From assembly GCA_965153285.1 (NCBI GenBank), contig OZ229111.1: DNA of 64,000 nt. The stretch is one strand, 5' to 3'. The stretch comes from Podarcis tiliguerta. Lineage: Eukaryota. A program made the translations under genes and the position numbers. Under the pieces are notes generated by a model. That model had not been told where the DNA came from. It made no database searches and saw only the letters and a program-made list of their open reading frames with translations. Every line of letters begins with the position of its first letter. Position 1 is the first letter of the stretch. Of the stretch, positions 57,932 to 64,000 are shown piece by piece.

Positions 57932-60792
57932 CCCAATGAATTCATTTACCCATGCCCATTTAATAAAGACAAAAAAATTGCAACACACCAGTTTTCATGT
58001 ACCGTCATATGAAAAACTCCACTGGTGATTCTGATTCCCATGAATGCTCTACGATGTCATGAGGAGCCAGGGGGCTGAGCTGAACACCCTCTGAAAGTTA
58101 AGGGGGCCAGACCCCCTCAACCCCCAGGAGGTGGTGCCTATGCTAGGGATAGTTGGGAAGGGCATGGAAGGAGTGAGGATGAAGACAAGACAGTCCAGTA
58201 TCCCTTGCATAGCATCCACTGGGCCACCAGTGTGGCCTCGTCCCCTTAGTGCCAGAAAGAGATTCTTTCAGCCAGTCTTTATAGCTAGTGAGTTTCAAAA
58301 GTCAAGATAGACAGAGCCAGAATGGGCTGCATTGTGGAGTCCTCTGCACATCCAACAGCAGCTTAGAACAGAGAAGAGGATGGGTCATTGCCATAACACC
58401 ATTGTCACTCTAATCTTCATAACCTTTTTCAAAATTGCTAATATTTCATTGCTGTTTATTATTTCTATAGCAATGTCACTGCACATGGCTCTTTACAGAA
58501 TATAGGTGGGTGGGGAGAAGAGAACAAGTCCTTGACCCAATGAGCCAAGAATCTAATAAACTACTAAGTATTGCACTATGTGTTTGAAAAGAGCCGCTAG
58601 CCTCTGCCTGCCTAAAACATGATCAATACGTGCTTCCTATCCAAAGCTCTCTGGGAATCATGTGCAAAGCCTCCTTTTTCTCCATCAAGGCCTTTGCATG
58701 GGCAGACTCCATGGGCATGTTGGATCAGCTGAGAGATGGGGTTGTTTTTATTAATTTCCAAAAAAAAAAAGGGAATCAAATTAAGACACGTTTAGGCAGA
58801 CTTCTGTGCATCGATCACACATCCTTGCCTGGTTGCTGGTACATAACGGAATGCAGTCAACCTAATGAGCTCCCATCTGCACAATGGCGATGCTGGGAGC
58901 ACACGTAGGATTTTAATCCTCGCCACTTTCTCACTCAAACTGGGAAATATCGCCCTGCATGTGGGAGGATCTTTGCCATATCTTTTCATGCAGCATTTCT
59001 CTGGAACAGCCATCCATTATTCAAAACGAGTGTGGCATTATCTAAACTCCCCCTAAAGGGAAATAACCTTGCCAGCTCATTCCTTGAAAACCATGGATAT
59101 TATTTACTATTTCAGTTGTCAGAAATGGTCTGATAGACTGGAATTTAAATGAAACTCACTTTAGGGGAGGAAAAGTCCATTTTGAAAGCAAAATGCCTTT
59201 CAAGAGGATTAAGTAGTCGGATTTGCCAGGGGTCATAAATTCAGAGCTTCATCCCCTCACTTAGGCTGGCAGGTCCCTTCTCAGCAATTTACATACTACA
59301 GCTTATCAAATCAGTTCCAAACTTCTTCAGACGAGACACTCCAATGTGAACTTGCTGGGATCCAAAAGAGCATAAACCAGCCCACTTACATCCATTAAAG
59401 TATCGTCCATCAGGTGTCAATGGGAGCTCCAATGGGCACATTGGCCATGATCTAACAGACTGGTGTCAGAACTGTATCTGTCGTTCCATGTTAGGGAGGG
59501 GAATGCAAATGTAATAACTAGGAGGCAATCTGTTGGGTTTTATCCAACAAAATCATTGTGGGAAAAGTGGAACAACATCTGTGAACACAATGGAACTCCC
59601 CCTCCCAATGCCTCTCAAATCTGTTATGGGGTACAGAGCAGATTTGAGAGTGGGGGAAGGTGCTATTGCTCTCATATTTTGCAGATGTCTTTCTTTGTGT
59701 GGAGGGATTTAGCTGGATACCCACAATCTGTGATGAGTGATGTAATGTGGTAGGTAACTACTAGTGCCTTATTTTGCCCCACCCCCAAGGACACCATCCT
59801 GCCACCATCCTTCAACTCAAATTACACATTGTGACATTATCATCTTAAGAAGGGGCACATTTCAAGCCATTCAAAGCAACTCCACCTCTCTCTTCCCCTG
59901 TTTGTTTATTCAGAAAGGCAAATTAACACAAATGAGCTCTGACCATCTGAGAGAACACAGCCCCACCAAGACAATTTTCTCCCTGTCTCACTGCCACACT
60001 CACCAACAAAATTCAAGCAAGCCAAGTCATTCAAGCAGCCCTTACAACTGAACATCTGGAAACATAGGTAGGCTGTGCCTGCAAGCACCTTTGGCTCTGG
60101 AATTTGCTCTCTGTCCTCCTTGATTTGTTGCCACCCGAAGAGAATGAGAGATCTATCTGCCCATGCAAGCTTTTACCCCAGGGAGGAGGTTATAGGCTAG
60201 GCACATAATTTACTCTGAGAGATGCGAGTCTCTAACCGTTAACGTTGGCCAGTGAGTTATGTGCATTAGCCTTCAAATGCCCCTAGGGAGTGACGTGACA
60301 GGTGCATATTTCACTTGCAAAATAAATATATCATATTATTTCAAATTAAAATACTCTCTGCCTTTCAGCAATTATAGCATCTGGCCTGTCATGCCCATTT
60401 CTCCCCCCCCCCTCCACGTTAGTTGCCGACTAGTCTTCTTAGAGCACGGCATGCACATCCTCTATTAACTGTTTGCATGCACCACACTGCTCAGTGCATC
60501 CCAAGTTCTTGACAGTTGCAAAGCATTTGCGATAGAATGAAAATCCTGGTCAATCTGGAAATTCTATAAAGACTGGGAAAATTTTGGGTGGGGAACTGAA
60601 TCACTGGGCAGCAGCGCCAATACTGGTAGCCTTAGAACAGACCTGAAAATAGAACATTCAGTGGGCCCTTGTCATGTATTTGAACTTCAAGAAGTAGCCA
60701 CAGCGGGGCTAACACCTCAGTTATGATAGATTATGGGTACTGAAAACAAGTGGTAAAGGTGTATTTAAGGCAACCACCATATACAGACATTA

Positions 60793-61163
60793 AAAAGGTA
60801 AAAGGTAAAGGGCCCCTGACAGTTAAGTCCAGTCACGAACGACTCTGGGGTTGCGGCGCTTATCTCGCTTTACTGGCCGAGGGAGCCGGCGTTTGTCTGC
60901 AGACAGTTTTTCCGGGTCATATGGCCAGCATGACTAAGCTGCTTCTGGAGAAAGCAGAGCAACTCATGGAAGCATTGTTTACCTTCCTGCTGAAGCGGTA
61001 CCTATTTATCTACTTGCACTTTGACGTGCTTTCCAACTGCTAGGTTGGCAGGAGCTGGGACCGAGCAACGGGAGCTCACCCCGTCGCAGGGATTCGAACC
61101 GCCGACCTTCCGATTGGCAAGCCCTAGGCTCAGTGGTTTAGACCACAGCGCCACCTGCGTCCC
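60793..61163 (-). mobile_element. Sauria-type SINE (slightly different subfamily)
   Basis: Homologous to the 17084 and 47825 copies; aaaggtaaaaggtaaagg tail. Confidence 0.85.
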
Positions 61164-64000
61164 ACGTGGCTAAATTAGGTCCCTTAAATTCAACAGGTCT
61201 TCTCTGAGTAAAGTTTAATTTAATACCACCAAAATTCTTTGGGGAGGGAGAGGGAGTAGAATTCCCACTTTCAGGATGGAAATAGAAATGGGCAAACCTA
61301 CGGCAGCGATTCCTATTTTGGGGGGAAATATTATACTTTTTTCTTTTTAACTTCTGTCTTTGACACTATGCTACGTTTTCCACTTCTGTAATAAACAACC
61401 CCCTTCCCAAACTACACCACATGCTTCATAATTTTTTGGAGTCAAAGAGGAATTTGCTTCACAACATGAAGGGAAAAGGGTACAGACAACCATAGTTTGC
61501 GTCCCCCTATGCAGACATACTTGAGAGTAAATCATATTGAACTCAATGTACCTTCCTTCTGAGTATAGGAAATCCAACCCTGGAACCCACCAATGTAGCT
61601 TTATAAACAGTCTTTAATATTTCTACAACATGGTCCTCAAATGTACGCTGGCTTTTAGTGTAATACAAATCAATTGCAAATGGTGTGACTGAAGAATAAA
61701 TGAAGGAGGAATGAATGGCTAGCTTTAAAAGAACACTGTTACCAAGGGAGAAGTAACAAACAAAGTTTGCTTCATCACAAAGTTTGTGAGCTGAATTCAA
61801 TAAACATGCTTTCTTACCTTCCCCCTGCCTCCCACAGAATAGTCCCACTGGTTCTTGGACTTAATGAGCAACACATGATTACTTACCCCTACTCTTGAAG
61901 AAGAGGAGCAAAAGGTTGTTGATCACCCGAGGATATCAAAGAGCTCCAGTTGATTCAGAAGATGGCAAGTGAATGAACAAGGCGCCCCCAACAGCATCTT
62001 TAGGCCATGATACAGAAATAAACAGCACCAACGACAAGGGTCAGTGAACACTCAGCTGATTTTTAGTTCATCAGCTGCCCTGATATGTTGAGAAATTAAT
62101 GCTCATTAAGGTTCCCATTATTTCCTGATGAGTAACACACAGTGGAAAGAAACTGCATCAACAGCATTTTATGCTCAGATACATTTGGCTAATATTTAGT
62201 TTCGGCACTACTGCAGATGCCCAGCAAATGTATAAATGTATTAGTTTTAATTAAAGAGTTCCAAATAGTGCATTAACCTCTGGTTGACCTTGGATACAGA
62301 TTTTGCATCAGTGGCTAGAGCCAGTCAGTTTAAACTCTCTGGCTATGCCAAACTCACTGAGGAATTCCTAACTACAAATTACAGGCCTAAATGTTTAACT
62401 AAAGCCTGATACCCCACTTTTACCTCAGGAAAGGATGCAAGGGGGTGGCTTTGAATGGGAGAGTGGTGGCAGGTGTGGGGATTTAACCCTTCCCCTACCT
62501 GTCTTTATTTGCTTCAGATTGTCCCTCCCCAATCTTGGCTACCAATTTTCAAATGCACAGCTGCCAGTAAGTGGGTCTGCTCTGCAAGTCATTCCTCCAG
62601 CAGCTATGCATAAGCCAGGTGCACAATGGAGCTAATTATCCACAGGTTGTGACAATCAGAACTATAGTAGTTAGCTGAGGAAAGCCTTACAAGCCAGTAC
62701 TGATACAGAACACAGAGTAGTTAGCTGAGAGTTAGTGGAAGGACACCTCTGTCTGAAGGTAAGTAGCTCATTCTGAAATACCTTGTGCAATGAAAAGCGG
62801 GTGAAATATGTTTTAAATAAATAAATTTGCCAAATGCAGGTTATGTACAAAGGAACTCAGGGTAGTACAGGGTTGCCTTACAAAAGAGGACTGAGTGCAT
62901 GACTAAGTACTAGGTTGGGGTTACCAGAAATGTAGGCCTGGGCTGTATAGTCAGGATTTTACCATTATTTAGTGTTAGAGCAATTGTATATCTGACTTTA
63001 AAACCTATGACCAACCAGAGTTTAAATTAGCATGGCACCCCTCCTACATTTGAATGCCATTTCTATGAATGCCAACTTTTGTTTGGATACCCGTCTGGAC
63101 ATTTGGATAGTATGGATTAAACTGTATGTATAAATCAAGATGGATGTATGGATGTTTATTCTATTGGGAATGTGAGCGAGTGATTTTGTTTTTGTTCTGT
63201 TTTTCCTGCCCCCTCCCTTGTTTTATGTTTAATACATTTATAATAAATATGTAGGAATATCATGTTTTAAGTTTTACAGATTGCCAGTCATGGTTTATTT
63301 TTACCTGCTTTTATCTTTTGGTAGATGAAAACAAGTGCTTTTCCCCATCTGCTTTCAGGTTTTTGTTGAGTTTAGCCATTTTCGGTGGTCTTTGTAAATG
63401 CAGAGCATTGCTATATTTAAGGATGACCGGATTAGACAAATTCCCATCCGTGTTTTATCATTAAGACATTCTTTCTGCCCCACTTTTTCCTCACATATAC
63501 CTGGGGAAAGGGGATCAGTTTGAAAGACATGTAGATTTCACTCCCCACCATGTGTACACCACCGACTTCACAAATCTTCTTGGGAGGGTGGGAGGAATGC
63601 CCAGAACAGAGTTAGGGGATGAGGGGGAAGCAAAGGGGGGAATTCCTGTTGTCTATGCAGAAACCTTTGTGCTGACAGGAAAGTTGCTTACAACTGTGTA
63701 AGGCACAAACCTGGCTCTCCCCTTTCCATGGTCAGGGTGGGCCACTGACTTTTAGTTTCCCTAATAAAGGAGGTACAGTACTTGCCAACTTTGCCAGAGC
63801 TGTTAAGAGCCAACGGGACTTCTAGCCCCATGACCTCTTTCCCATCCAAAACCCCAATCCTACAGATGACTAGAACATTTCCATGCAATGCAAGATTGAA
63901 TAGTAAAAGCCCAACAAAGAGAACGAACAGACATCAGAGAGCGCTTGCCATGTTGAATAGCTGAAGAATAGCTGAAGATCAAGCTGCCCTTTTTCATGCA

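Noticed and set aside
48500-64000. PPP2R2B 3' exons expected by synteny
   Set aside because: No recognisable coding sequence seen; probably beyond the window.

Overview
Vertebrate nuclear DNA, most likely from a squamate (lacertid-type lizard), judged by Sauria-SINE-like, Squam3-like, L2, CR1 and Penelope repeats. It contains two convergent genes. (1) TCERG1 (CA150; WW/FF-domain transcription-splicing factor) is on the + strand, with 21 GT-AG coding exons traced by hand (5528-40221, about 1035 aa with the 63-nt exon 6 and the proximal exon-11 acceptor) and a CpG-island promoter. (2) GPR151, an intronless orphan GPCR, is on the - strand (46124-44889, 411 aa). The TCERG1-GPR151 order matches the conserved vertebrate POU4F3-TCERG1-GPR151-PPP2R2B block; neither outer gene is visible. 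The rest is intronic or intergenic, with many MITEs/SINEs, one 158-N gap and several homeodomain-motif-dense blocks upstream of GPR151. I found no convincing wholly new multi-gene system. The best leads are: (a) a TSD-flanked processed retrocopy of an unidentified gene about 0.5 kb upstream of the GPR151 TATA box; (b) a candidate extra in-frame 57-nt TCERG1 cassette exon, with possible poison variants, in intron 5; (c) a Penelope-like palindrome carrying half-hammerhead motifs 45 nt from TCERG1 exon 9; (d) a perfect 31-bp hairpin and a back-to-back bidirectional poly(A) signal between the convergent genes. Comparisons with human proteins are from memory and were not computed.
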